A DNA stretch of 64,000 bases from an uncultured delta proteobacterium (GTDB taxonomy: Bacteria > Myxococcota > Myxococcia > Myxococcales > Myxococcaceae). Positions within the stretch are counted from its first letter, which is position 1; each line of letters opens with the position of its first letter. Made by a program: the position numbers and the translations under genes. Positions 28,078 to 37,437 of this stretch are shown here, piece by piece. The notes beneath the pieces are model-generated. The model did not search any database. It was not told the DNA's origin and saw nothing but the letters and a program-made list of their open reading frames with translations. The stretch covers positions 2,080,001-2,144,000 of the forward strand of contig CAWCKH010000004.1 in the NCBI GenBank assembly GCA_963796055.1, given 5' to 3'.

Positions 28078-29325
28078 ATGGACCACTTCCAGCCAGTCCG
28101 CGGGATTCTCCACGCCGAGGGCGTCTCGCTGGAGCGCATCGCCGCACGGGTGGGAACCCCGACCTACGTCTACTCCGAGGCGACCTTGCGCCGGCACTTC
28201 CGGGTGGTGGACGATGCCTTCGGCGGCGCGCCGCATCTGGTCTGCTACTCGGTCAAGGCCAGCGGGAACCTCGCCCTGCTCGCCTTACTCGCCCGCTGGG
28301 GCTCGGGCTTCGACGTGGTCTCCGGCGGCGAGCTGGCCCGGGTGCTCGAGGCCGGCGGCGACCCGGGCCGCACCGTCTTCGCCGGGGTGGGGAAGACCGA
28401 GCCCGAGATGGCCTTCGCGCTGCGCACCGGCATCGGGATGTTCAACGTGGAGAGCGCCGAGGAGCTGGAGGCGCTCGACCGGGTGGGACGTCGCCTCCGG
28501 CGGCGCGCGCCGTTTGCCATCCGGGTGAACCCCGGGGTGGACGCTGGCACGCACCGGCACATCTCCACCGGGCTCCCCACCTCCAAGTTCGGCGTCCCGT
28601 TCGCCGAGGCCCGCGCCCTCTACGGCCGCGCCCACCGGATGCGCGGGGTGCGCGCCCGCGGGGTGGATTGTCACATCGGCAGTCAGCTCACCCGGCTCGG
28701 CCCGCTCGGGGCGGCGCTCCGCCAGGTCGCCGGGCTGTACCGCCTGCTCCAGGGCGAGGGGCATCCGCTGGAGTGGCTCGACGTGGGGGGCGGTCTCGGC
28801 ATCCGCTACCGGGACGAGGAGCCGCCCTCCCCGGAACGCTGGGCAGCCACGGTGCGCGAGGCCACCGGCGACACCGGGGCCACGGTCCTGGTCGAGCCTG
28901 GCCGGGTGCTGGTGGGCAACGCGGGCGTGCTGCTCACCCGGGTGCTGTACCGGAAGCACGCCGGCGGGCGGACGCTGGTGGTGGTGGACGCGGGCATGAA
29001 CGACCTGCTCCGGCCCGCGCTCTACGGTGCCGAGCACGCCATCGTCCCGGTGCACCCCGGTCGAGGAAGGCGGCAGGCGGTGGACGTGGTGGGCCCGGTC
29101 TGCGAGTCCACCGACGTGCTGGGCCGCGATCGGCGCCTGGTGCTCCCCGAGCCGGGGGCACTGCTCGCCATCCGGGGCGCCGGCGCTTACGGGATGAGCA
29201 TGGCCAGCACCTACAACGGGCGGCCCCGGCCTGCCGAGGTGCTGGTCTCGGGCCCCCGGGCCCGGGTGGTGCGCCGGCGGGAGCGGGTGGAGGACCTCTG
29301 GCGCGGCGAGCCAGCCCGACGGTAG
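28078..29325 (+). CDS. lysA: Diaminopimelate decarboxylase
   Basis: GTPTYVYS, CYSVKA (PLP Lys), HISTG..SKFG, HIGSQ, EPGR, GPVCESTD, GAYG. Confidence 0.95.
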   Translation: MDHFQPVRGILHAEGVSLERIAARVGTPTYVYSEATLRRHFRVVDDAFGGAPHLVCYSVKASGNLALLALLARWGSGFDVVSGGELARVLEAGGDPGRTVFAGVGKTEPEMAFALRTGIGMFNVESAEELEALDRVGRRLRRRAPFAIRVNPGVDAGTHRHISTGLPTSKFGVPFAEARALYGRAHRMRGVRARGVDCHIGSQLTRLGPLGAALRQVAGLYRLLQGEGHPLEWLDVGGGLGIRYRDEEPPSPERWAATVREATGDTGATVLVEPGRVLVGNAGVLLTRVLYRKHAGGRTLVVVDAGMNDLLRPALYGAEHAIVPVHPGRGRRQAVDVVGPVCESTDVLGRDRRLVLPEPGALLAIRGAGAYGMSMASTYNGRPRPAEVLVSGPRARVVRRRERVEDLWRGEPARR

Positions 29326-29338
29326 GGTGACCGGCGCG

Positions 29339-30220
29339 ATGAAGCTCCAGGGATCGATGACTGCGCTGGCCACCCCGTTCCGCGGCGGGGCGCTGGACGA
29401 GGACGCGTACCGGGCGCTGGTGCGCCAGCAGCTCGCCGGCGGGACCGCGGGCCTGGTCCCCTGCGGAACCACCGGCGAGGCGGTGACCATGACCTCGGCC
29501 GAGCGGGTCCGGGCGGTGCGGGTCGTCGTCGAGGAAGCGAAGGGGCGTGTCCCGGTGGTGGCCGGGGCGGGGAGCAACAGCACCGCCGAGACCATCGAGG
29601 CGATGGGGCGGGTGCGCGAGGTGGGCGCCGACGCCGCGCTGATCGTCACCCCGTACTACAACAAGCCCAACCAGGCGGGCCTGCTCGAGCACTACCGCGC
29701 CTGCGTGCGGGCGCACCCCGGCTTCCCGATCGTGGTCTACAACGTGCCGGGACGCACCGGCGGGGACATCCTCCCCGAGACGATGCAGCGGCTGGGCGAG
29801 CTGGAGGAGATCGTCGCCATCAAGGAGGCGACCGCGAGCATGATCCGCGCCGTCGAGCTGCGCGAGAAGTGCGGGCCGCGGCTGACCATGCTCTCGGGGG
29901 ACGACTTCACCGTGGTGCCCTTCATCGCCTGCGGGGGCGAGGGTGTCATCTCGGTGTCCTCGAACGTGGCCCCGCGACTGATGGCGGACATGGTCGAGGC
30001 GGCCCGGCGCGGCGAGCGCGAGCGGGCGGTGGAGCTTCAAGTCCGGATGAATCCGCTGCACCGGCTGCTCTTCGCCGAGCCGAACCCCATTCCGGTGAAG
30101 TGGGCGCTTCACCTCCTGGGCATGTTCGGGCCGGAGATCCGGCTGCCGCTGGTGCCGCTGGGTGAGCCGCACCGCATCGCCCTGGCGACCGAGCTGCGCC
30201 GGCTGGGCCTGCTGGGCTGA
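29339..30220 (+). CDS. dapA: 4-hydroxy-tetrahydrodipicolinate synthase
   Basis: GTTGE, PYYNKP, YNVPGRTG, IKEA, LSGDD, EPNPIPVK. Confidence 0.96.
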   Translation: MKLQGSMTALATPFRGGALDEDAYRALVRQQLAGGTAGLVPCGTTGEAVTMTSAERVRAVRVVVEEAKGRVPVVAGAGSNSTAETIEAMGRVREVGADAALIVTPYYNKPNQAGLLEHYRACVRAHPGFPIVVYNVPGRTGGDILPETMQRLGELEEIVAIKEATASMIRAVELREKCGPRLTMLSGDDFTVVPFIACGGEGVISVSSNVAPRLMADMVEAARRGERERAVELQVRMNPLHRLLFAEPNPIPVKWALHLLGMFGPEIRLPLVPLGEPHRIALATELRRLGLLG

Positions 30221-30318
30221 GCGCCGGGTACGGGCAGCGGGTCAGATCCGTCCGGAGGTCAGGGAGAGCAGTCTCTGTACCGGCGGCCGCGCTGCGAGCT
30301 CGCTAGATGGGTCCGGAC

Positions 30319-31200
30319 ATGGGCGATGGAAAGCGAACCTCGACGGGCGTCCTCTTCGCCCTCTGCTCCATCTTCATCGTCCAGATCGGCGCGGCGGCCT
30401 CGACCCCGGTGTTCGCCATCGTCGGCCCGGCCGGAACGGCGTGGCTCCGGCTGTGCTGGGCCGCGGTGATCTTCCTCGCCATCGCTCGACCGAGGCTCGG
30501 GTCCCTCCCGCGCCGTGACCTCGGGGCGGCCGTCCTGCTCGGGGTGGTGAGCGGCGGGATGACCATGACCTTCTTCGAGGCCATTGCCCGCATCCCCCTC
30601 GCCACCGCGGTGGCCATCGAGTTCCTCGGCCCGCTGTCGGTCGCCGTGCTCCGCCGGACCAACCGCTGGGGCCTGGTCTGGCCGCCGCTCGCCTTCGCCG
30701 GGGTGCTCCTGGTGACCCAGCCCTGGTCCGGGCTCACCGACCCGGTCGGCGTCGGCTTCGCGCTCGGCGCCGGCGTGTGCTGGGGCGCGTACATCCTCCT
30801 CACCCAGCGCATCGGCCAGCGCATTCACGGCGTCGGTGGGCTGGCGATCTCCATGCCCGCCGCCGCGCTGGCCGCCACGCCGGTCGGGCTCGCTCAGGCG
30901 GTCGGCCACCTGAGCCCGTGGGTGGTCCTCGTCTGCCTCGGGCTCGCGCTCATCCTGCCGGTCATTCCCTACACGCTCGAGTTGCTCGCGCTGCGCCGGC
31001 TCGACGCCGGGACGTTCGGCACCCTGATGAGCGTCGAGCCGGCGGCCGCGCTGCTGGTGGGCGCGGTGATGCTCCGCCAGGTTCCCGGCTGGGGACAGGC
31101 GCTCGGCATCGCGCTGGTGACGGTGGCGGCCGTCGGTGCAGCCCGCACGGGCCAGCGCACGGACGCGGCGGAGCCCGCCGTGGCGCCAGCCCCGGGCTGA
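30319..31200 (+). CDS. RhtA-like EamA amino-acid exporter
   Basis: VQIGAA, RIPLATAVAIEFLGPL, IPYTLELLALRRL, FGTLMSVEPA. Confidence 0.85.
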   Translation: MGDGKRTSTGVLFALCSIFIVQIGAAASTPVFAIVGPAGTAWLRLCWAAVIFLAIARPRLGSLPRRDLGAAVLLGVVSGGMTMTFFEAIARIPLATAVAIEFLGPLSVAVLRRTNRWGLVWPPLAFAGVLLVTQPWSGLTDPVGVGFALGAGVCWGAYILLTQRIGQRIHGVGGLAISMPAAALAATPVGLAQAVGHLSPWVVLVCLGLALILPVIPYTLELLALRRLDAGTFGTLMSVEPAAALLVGAVMLRQVPGWGQALGIALVTVAAVGAARTGQRTDAAEPAVAPAPG

Positions 31201-31260
31201 TGGCTGATGGTCTCGGCTATGAGCGCGCTCCGGCCGCGGCCCGTGCTACATCGGGCGCCC

Positions 31261-32070
31261 GTGAGCGCCATCACCCTCCTGGTCGCCGGGGTCCCCGGTC
31301 GCATGGGCTCGGCCGTGGTCCGCGCCGCGGCCGAGGAGCCGGCGGTGAAGGTCGTGGGCGCGGTGGCCCGTCCGGGCACGCCTGCCCGGGGCCGCGACGT
31401 CGGAACGCTCTCCGGCATCTCGGCGCTTCACCTGCCGCTCCGGGACGATTTCGGCGCCGCGCTGGCCGACGTTCGTCCGGACGTCGCGGTGGACTTCACC
31501 ACCCCCGACGCGGCCGCCGACTTCGCCGAGGCCTGTGCCCGCCAGGCCGTGCCCTTCGTCACCGGGACCACCGGCTTCACCGTCGCCCAGCGTGAGCGGC
31601 TCGACCGGGCGGCCGCGCGCATCCCGCTGGTCATCTCCCCCAACATGTCGGTGGGCGTGCACGTGATGCTCGAGGCCGCCTCGCTCCTCGGCCGCGTCCT
31701 CGGCAGCGGCTGGGACGCCGAGGTGCTCGAGCTGCACCACCGGCTGAAGAAGGACGCCCCGAGCGGCACCGCGCTGCGCCTCGCCGAGGTGGTGGCCAAG
31801 GCCCGGGGGCAGGATGCCTCGGTCCTGCGGCTGGCACGCGCCGGACAGGTGGGCGAGCGCCCGCCGGGAGAGATCGGCGTGCAGACGCTCCGCGGCGGTG
31901 ACGTGGTCGGTGAGCACACCGTCTTCTTCCTCGCCCCGGGCGAGCGCATCGAGCTCAGCCACCGGGCGACGAGCCGTGACCAGTTCGCCAAGGGCGCGCT
32001 CCGGGCCGCGCTGTGGGTCCGAGGCCAGCCTCCCGGCCAGTACGGGATGCGGGACGTGCTCGGGTTGTGA
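31261..32070 (+). CDS. dapB: 4-hydroxy-tetrahydrodipicolinate reductase
   Basis: GRMG, VDFT, GTTG, PNMSVG, ELHHRLKKDAPSGTA, RGGDVVGEH. Confidence 0.96.
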   Translation: MSAITLLVAGVPGRMGSAVVRAAAEEPAVKVVGAVARPGTPARGRDVGTLSGISALHLPLRDDFGAALADVRPDVAVDFTTPDAAADFAEACARQAVPFVTGTTGFTVAQRERLDRAAARIPLVISPNMSVGVHVMLEAASLLGRVLGSGWDAEVLELHHRLKKDAPSGTALRLAEVVAKARGQDASVLRLARAGQVGERPPGEIGVQTLRGGDVVGEHTVFFLAPGERIELSHRATSRDQFAKGALRAALWVRGQPPGQYGMRDVLGL

Positions 32071-32591
32071 GCGCCCTTCCGGGCAGCGACGACGGACCCG
32101 TGTACCTGGGTCTGGGCGCCAACCTCGGTGAGCCCGAGCGCACGCTCGCCGCGGCGGTCGAGGACCTGGCCCAGCTCGCCGACGTCCGCCTGCGCCGGTG
32201 CTCCTCGCTCTACGCCGCGGCGCCGGTGGGGCCCCCCCAGCCCGAGTTCCGGAACGCGGTGGTGGCCTTGGCGACAGGGCGCAGCCCGGAGTCACTGCTG
32301 ACTGCCCTCCTGGAAGTCGAGCGGACGCACGGGCGCATTCGTGACCAGCGGTGGGGCCCACGCCTCCTGGATCTCGACATCCTGCTGTGGGGAGAACGGG
32401 TGGTGGACCTGCCTGGGCTCCGCATCCCGCATCCGGAGCTCCACCACCGCCGGTTCGCGCTCGAGCCCCTGGCAGAGCTGGACCCGGGGGCCCGTCACCC
32501 GGTTCTCCAGAAAACGGTCGCCGAGCTGCTGGCGGCCGTGAGAGATCAGCCGGTGCGGCGCCTCGATTCCGCCGTGTGGAGACCTCGATGA
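32067..32591 (+). CDS. folK: 6-hydroxymethyl-7,8-dihydropterin pyrophosphokinase
   Basis: YLGLGANLG, WGPRLLDLDIL, LRIPHP, RRFAL.PL; GTGA overlap with dapB. Confidence 0.95.
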   Translation: MSALPGSDDGPVYLGLGANLGEPERTLAAAVEDLAQLADVRLRRCSSLYAAAPVGPPQPEFRNAVVALATGRSPESLLTALLEVERTHGRIRDQRWGPRLLDLDILLWGERVVDLPGLRIPHPELHHRRFALEPLAELDPGARHPVLQKTVAELLAAVRDQPVRRLDSAVWRPR

Positions 32592-34024
32592 CGATGGCCG
32601 CAACCGCCCTCGCGCTGCTGCTCGCGCAAGGCCAGCCGCTTCCCCCCGGGCACCCGCCGATCTCGGGTGGAGCGGTGCCCGCGAAGCCCTTGCCCCCGGC
32701 GGCCACGCCAGGCGCCAGGTCGCCCGACGCGCCGCCGCTCCCGCCGGGGCACCCGGCCATTCCTCCCGCCGGGAGCCCGTCCGCTGGATCTCCGGAGGGA
32801 CTCCCGGCCGGTCATCCCAGCATCGCCCCGGGCGCGGCGGCCCCGACGTCCGACGAGCTGCTGAAGAAGATGGACGCGACCCCGGACCTCAAGACGCGGC
32901 CCAAGCCGTACGAGGTCTCCGCGGCCATCGGGAAGCTCTACTACGGGCGCGGGCGCTGGGCGGACGCGCGAGACTTCTTCGTCCAGGCCGAGAAGACCGC
33001 CGAGCCGGTGCGCACGCTCTTCCTCGACCAGAGGAAGCAGCTGAAGGGCGCGCTCCCCGATGCGGCCGCCGCCGGGTGTCGCTTGTCGAGCGACCTGGGG
33101 GTGGAGCGGGCGGCGGAGAAGGCCCGCAGCCTCGCGGCGCAGAAGCAGCCCGGACCGGCAGCCGCCTGCGCGCTCGAGGCGCTGGGTCCGGTCCTGGATT
33201 CCACGACCCTGCTGGGGAACAGCCTGGCGCTCCTGGGCGATACCAGGGGTGCGCTCGCCGCCTACGAGCGTGTGCTTCAAGTCTCGCCCCGGAATGCCAC
33301 CGCTCTCTACGGACACGGGGCGGTCACCTTCGACGTGAAGGGCGACGACCTCGCAGCGCTGAAGGCCGCGCGCAAGGAGCTGCAGACCTCCGCGGAGATC
33401 GCCCCGAACACGGCCCAGGCCGCCTCGGCCCGTGCGCTCGCCGAGCGCATCGACCAGGTGGTCGCCGCGGGGGGTGCGACCAAGTTCGCCCGGCAGCAGG
33501 AGAAGACCCGGGCCGAGGCGAAGCCGGTGGTCGCGGCCGCGCCCCCGGCGGCGGGGCCCATGTCCGGGGGAGCGCCCCCGCAGCCCGCCCCCGCTGCCGC
33601 ACCTGCCGCGATGCCCCAGGTCAGCAAGGAGACGATGGAGGCGTTCCAGAAGGTCGAGGTGACGCCCGAGATGCAGGCCAACTTCGCCCGGCTCGTCGAG
33701 GACGGCGAGGCGAAGCTGGTGGCGAACAAGTACCAGGACGCACTCGACAACTACCGCCAGGTGATGCCCTACCAGCCGAACAACCCGCGGCTGCGCGCAG
33801 GGATGGCCTGGGCCCTGGTCGGACTGCAGCGCCAGCCGATGGCGGACAACGTCTGGCGGGTGGCGGTCACCTCGGATCCGGCAGCGGTGGACGCGCTCGG
33901 CGACCGGCTGTCGAAGGCCGGCAACCAGGAGAGTGCCCGCGCCCTGTGGACGAAGCTGCAGGCCAGCGATCCGGACTACGCATCGCGGTCGGGCATGCAG
34001 AAGAAGCTGGGCGGCTCCCGCTAG
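32588..34024 (+). CDS. Exported TPR protein with an N-terminal LPxGHP repeat region
   Basis: Signal-like N-terminus, three LP(P/A)GHP(P/A/S)I repeats, several TPR-like helical repeats. Confidence 0.75.
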   Translation: MTMAATALALLLAQGQPLPPGHPPISGGAVPAKPLPPAATPGARSPDAPPLPPGHPAIPPAGSPSAGSPEGLPAGHPSIAPGAAAPTSDELLKKMDATPDLKTRPKPYEVSAAIGKLYYGRGRWADARDFFVQAEKTAEPVRTLFLDQRKQLKGALPDAAAAGCRLSSDLGVERAAEKARSLAAQKQPGPAAACALEALGPVLDSTTLLGNSLALLGDTRGALAAYERVLQVSPRNATALYGHGAVTFDVKGDDLAALKAARKELQTSAEIAPNTAQAASARALAERIDQVVAAGGATKFARQQEKTRAEAKPVVAAAPPAAGPMSGGAPPQPAPAAAPAAMPQVSKETMEAFQKVEVTPEMQANFARLVEDGEAKLVANKYQDALDNYRQVMPYQPNNPRLRAGMAWALVGLQRQPMADNVWRVAVTSDPAAVDALGDRLSKAGNQESARALWTKLQASDPDYASRSGMQKKLGGSR

Positions 34025-35382
34025 AAGGAAACCGTGCCCGGGCTCTTCGCCACCGGCACTTCCTTCATCGTCGCCGGGCCGGCCAGCGTCGGGACGTCGA
34101 AGGAGACCTCGTCCCGACCGAGGAACTGGGCCGGGCCGTCGAGGAGGGCGAGGAGCCCCCGCCGCTTCATCCATGCCACCGACCCGGTGAGCACCACCGC
34201 GGCGGTGGCCATGGTGAGCCGGAGCCCGACGCGATCTCCCAGCCAGGACAGCGCGAGCAGCCCCAGCGCGTACCCGGCGCCGAGCACCATGGTGTACAGG
34301 CTGCTCACCCGGGCCTGGAGCAGCCGCGAGACCCGGCTCATGCAGGTGGCGTTCACCCCGGTGAGGGTCGAGAGGTAGGCGCCCCCGAGGAGGGCCACCA
34401 GCACGACCGCCATCCAGAAACGCGGCACCAGCCAGTAGGCAATGGCGACCACTCCCAGGGTGAGGGTCATCCGGCCCATCAGGCGCCGGCGGCCCCAGCG
34501 GTCGGCGAGCGTGCCGGTGAGGAGCGCGGCGGCGATCGCCCCCACGCCCTGACCGGTCGCCAGCAGCGAGGTGCCGGCGGCCCCATGGCCGAAGATGGTG
34601 ATGGCGTAGACCGGGATGAGGGCGATGAACGGCGCGACCAGAACCGCGATGAGGCAGGTCAGCACCAGCGCGGTCCGGATGCCGGCGTCCTCGCGCGCCA
34701 CCCGGAAGCCGGTGACGATCTCCGACCAGAGGTCCCCGTGCCCGGCGTGGGCTGGCCGAGGAGGCAGGCGGACCAGCATCAGGGAGACGAGCACCGCGAC
34801 GAAGCTCGCCGCGTTGCAGAAGAACGCGGTCGCCAGCCCCCCGGCGGCGATCGCCAGGCCCGCGAGGGAGGGGCCGATGATCCGCCCGAGGTTGTACTGC
34901 GCCGAGCTGAGGCTCAGCGCGGAGAGGAGATCTTCCTCGGGCACCAGCTCCGCGAGCAGCGACGAGTAGACCGGCCCGACCAGAGCGTTCACGCACCCCG
35001 CCAGGAAGGCCAGCACCGCCACTGCCGGCACCGAGAGCCGGCCGGTGAGGGCGAGTACCGCCAGCACGACGGCGATGAGCGTCTGCGCCGTGGTCAGGAC
35101 CGAGAGGAGCCGCCGCCGGTCGGTGCGGTCGGCCAGCGCGCCCGCCAGTGGCCCGAGCACCAGGGTGGGCAGGTACACGAGCGCGGCCACGGTGCCCGTC
35201 CAGGCGGCGCGCCCGGTGGACTGGGTGACGTACACGCCCACCCCGATGGTCTCCATCCACGTCCCGACGTTGGAGATGAACGCGCCCAGCCAGAAGCGGA
35301 CGAAGTTCGGGTGGCGAAAGGCGCGAAGCGAGGACAGCCGGTCCTGCCTCAGGCGCCCGGGACGAGCGACGGCGAGATCCAA
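34021..35382 (-). CDS. MFS transporter (DHA3/EntS-like)
   Basis: ISNVGTWM, GALADRTDRRR, NLGRIIGP; about 12 TM segments. Confidence 0.9.
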   Translation of the reverse strand: MDLAVARPGRLRQDRLSSLRAFRHPNFVRFWLGAFISNVGTWMETIGVGVYVTQSTGRAAWTGTVAALVYLPTLVLGPLAGALADRTDRRRLLSVLTTAQTLIAVVLAVLALTGRLSVPAVAVLAFLAGCVNALVGPVYSSLLAELVPEEDLLSALSLSSAQYNLGRIIGPSLAGLAIAAGGLATAFFCNAASFVAVLVSLMLVRLPPRPAHAGHGDLWSEIVTGFRVAREDAGIRTALVLTCLIAVLVAPFIALIPVYAITIFGHGAAGTSLLATGQGVGAIAAALLTGTLADRWGRRRLMGRMTLTLGVVAIAYWLVPRFWMAVVLVALLGGAYLSTLTGVNATCMSRVSRLLQARVSSLYTMVLGAGYALGLLALSWLGDRVGLRLTMATAAVVLTGSVAWMKRRGLLALLDGPAQFLGRDEVSFDVPTLAGPATMKEVPVAKSPGTVSF

Positions 35383-35510
35383 GGAGGGTTTCCAGACCGA
35401 AGATTACCCTGTCGCCCGCTGCACCGCAGGCACAGTCGGGCCCAATCCCGGGCCCGGAAGGCTTGCGGTGCGGCGTGGGCACTGGCAATCAGGAGTACCG
35501 GAGCCCACCC

Positions 35511-36086
35511 GTGCTCGCCTTCGTGGACACGCCGCGCCCTTCCAGTCCTCGCCGCCGTGCCGTCCGCGGCCCGCTCCTCGCGCTCGCTGGCGCCATCGCG
35601 CTGTACGTCGCGCTGTGGGTCATTCCCTGGAGGCTCCACCCCTCGACGGGACAGGGTGCGCTGCGCGTCTACCAGGTGGGACAGGAGGGCCGCCTCGAGC
35701 CGGTGGCAGAGGGAGCCCCGCTGGCCGCAGGGTCGAAGGTGGCCTTTGCCGTCAGCTCCGAGCGCGACGCCTCGGTGGTGGTCCTCGCCCTGGAGCCGCG
35801 TCGCGCGCTGCTGATGAGCCCGTCCACTCCGGCCACCGGTGCCATCGAGCGGATCCGTCCCGGCGGCTCCACCGTGCTCTCGGCCCGGCCGGCGATCGTC
35901 GGCGCGCCGGGGCTGGTGCGCTTCCTGGCCGTGTTCTGCAACCATGCGCTCCCGCCGGACACGGTGCTCAAGGCCGGAGAGCGCGCGCTCGCCGCGGGGC
36001 AGGGTGACCCGGACGCGGTCCGCACCCTGGACCTCGGCTGCGGCGAGGCCTTCGCCGGCGTGCGGGTGACCGCCGGGAAGCCGTAG
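35511..36086 (+). CDS. Membrane-anchored DUF4384-like protein
   Basis: Single TM then EGAPLAAGSKVAFAV...RFLAVFC; GGAG RBS upstream. Confidence 0.55.
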   Translation: MLAFVDTPRPSSPRRRAVRGPLLALAGAIALYVALWVIPWRLHPSTGQGALRVYQVGQEGRLEPVAEGAPLAAGSKVAFAVSSERDASVVVLALEPRRALLMSPSTPATGAIERIRPGGSTVLSARPAIVGAPGLVRFLAVFCNHALPPDTVLKAGERALAAGQGDPDAVRTLDLGCGEAFAGVRVTAGKP

Positions 36087-36300
36087 GTCAGGGCGGCCGC
36101 AGTCGAGGTCCGGGTCAGGGGGTCCTCGGGCGCTATCGTCGGCGAGGTCAGGGCGGCCGCAGTCCGCGCGGTCAGGGCGGCCGCAGTCGAGGTCCGGGTC
36201 AGGGGGTCCTCGGGCGCTATCGTCGGCGAGGTCAGGGCGGCCGCAGTCCGCGCGGTCAGGGCGGCCGCAGTCGGTTAGGCCGCAGTCGGTTAGGCGTCGG
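36086..36300. repeat. Intergenic tandem repeat: 84-bp unit x2.2 containing five copies of a 19-mer
   Basis: Identical units at 36086-36169 and 36170-36253; GGTCAGGGCGGCCGCAGTC starts at 36086, 36146, 36170, 36230 and 36254; degenerate GGTTAGGC copies follow. Confidence 0.92.
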
Positions 36301-36303
36301 AGC

Positions 36304-37344
36304 TTAGATCAACCGGGCGGCGAGGAGGTCCTGCACGTCGATCAGCCCCACCGGGTGGCCGTCGGCATTCACCACCGGGAGCTGGTCCACGTGCGCCTCG
36401 CGCATCAGCGCCGCGGCGGTGAGCGCCAGATCCTCGGGCGACACGCAGCGCGGATGGTGTCCCATCACCGCCGAGACCGGAAGGTCGAAGTCGGTCTTGC
36501 CCTTCTCCACCATCCGCCGCAGGTCACCGTCGGTGAAGATGCCCACCAGCCGCCCCGAGGTGTCGACCACGTTGGTCGCGCCCGGGCGGCCCGGGGTGTT
36601 GGTCATTACCACCACCGCCTCGTGCAGCGGGGCGTCGGCACGCACCACCGGATTGGCCCGGCCGGCGCGCATCACCTCCAGCACCCGCATCACGCTCCGC
36701 CCGAGCTTTCCACCCGGGTGCAGCGCCGCATACTCCTCGCTGGTGAACTGGCGCGTCTTGAGGAGGGTCATGGCCAGCGCGTCGGACACGGCGTGCAGTG
36801 CGGCCGAGCTGGCGGTGGGCACCAGACCCAGCGGGCAGGCCTCGGGGATGGCGCCCACGTCGACCACCACGTCGGCACCGCGGGCGAGCGGCGAGTCGCC
36901 GTCCCCGGTGATGGCGATGACCAGGGCGCCCAGCCGGCGCAGCGAGGGGAGTAGCCGCACCAGCTCCTCGGTCGACCCGCTGTTGGAGAGGGCGAGGACC
37001 ACGTCGCCTCGGCTGACCCGGCCCAGGTCCCCGTGGAGCGCCTCCGAGGGATGGAGGTACAGCGAGGGCACGCCGGTGGAGGCGAGGGTGGCCGACAGCT
37101 TCTGGGCGATGAAGCCCGGCTTGCCCAGGCCGGTGACCACGATGTGCCCCTCGCACGCCCGCATCAGCTCCAGAGCGCGGATGAAGCTCGTCCCCAGCCG
37201 CTCCTTGGCCCCCAGGATGGCCGAGGCCTCGGCATCGAGGACCCCCCGGGCGTAGGCCAGCGCGTCGGTGCGCTGCGCCAGCCTCCTCCGCGAGGCCGAG
37301 GGGCGGGAGCGCACGCGGGAGGGGCGGGGAACGGGGCGTCGCAT
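36304..37344 (-). CDS. kdsD: Arabinose-5-phosphate isomerase (KpsF/GutQ; SIS + CBS domains)
   Basis: GLGKPG, EALHGDLG, LSNSG.T.E, EACPLGLVPT, HPGGKLG, GIFTDGDLRR. Confidence 0.9.
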   Translation of the reverse strand: MRRPVPRPSRVRSRPSASRRRLAQRTDALAYARGVLDAEASAILGAKERLGTSFIRALELMRACEGHIVVTGLGKPGFIAQKLSATLASTGVPSLYLHPSEALHGDLGRVSRGDVVLALSNSGSTEELVRLLPSLRRLGALVIAITGDGDSPLARGADVVVDVGAIPEACPLGLVPTASSAALHAVSDALAMTLLKTRQFTSEEYAALHPGGKLGRSVMRVLEVMRAGRANPVVRADAPLHEAVVVMTNTPGRPGATNVVDTSGRLVGIFTDGDLRRMVEKGKTDFDLPVSAVMGHHPRCVSPEDLALTAAALMREAHVDQLPVVNADGHPVGLIDVQDLLAARLI

Positions 37345-37437
37345 CGAGAAGGGCTGAGGACCTCCGGCTCATACCGCGAGGCGCCGGTGGAGGCTAGGGT
37401 GGCGCCGGCCATCGCGAGGGTCATGACCCGGCTCACC

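Noticed and set aside
32546..35814. Very long overlapping ORFs (980 aa and 912 aa) and similar shadow ORFs across the window
   Set aside because: They are Arg/Gly/Pro-rich alternative-frame or antisense products expected at high GC and overlap recognisable genes.
36086..36300. CRISPR array
   Set aside because: The repeat is only 19 bp, the spacers are identical or 5 bp long, and there are no cas genes in the window.
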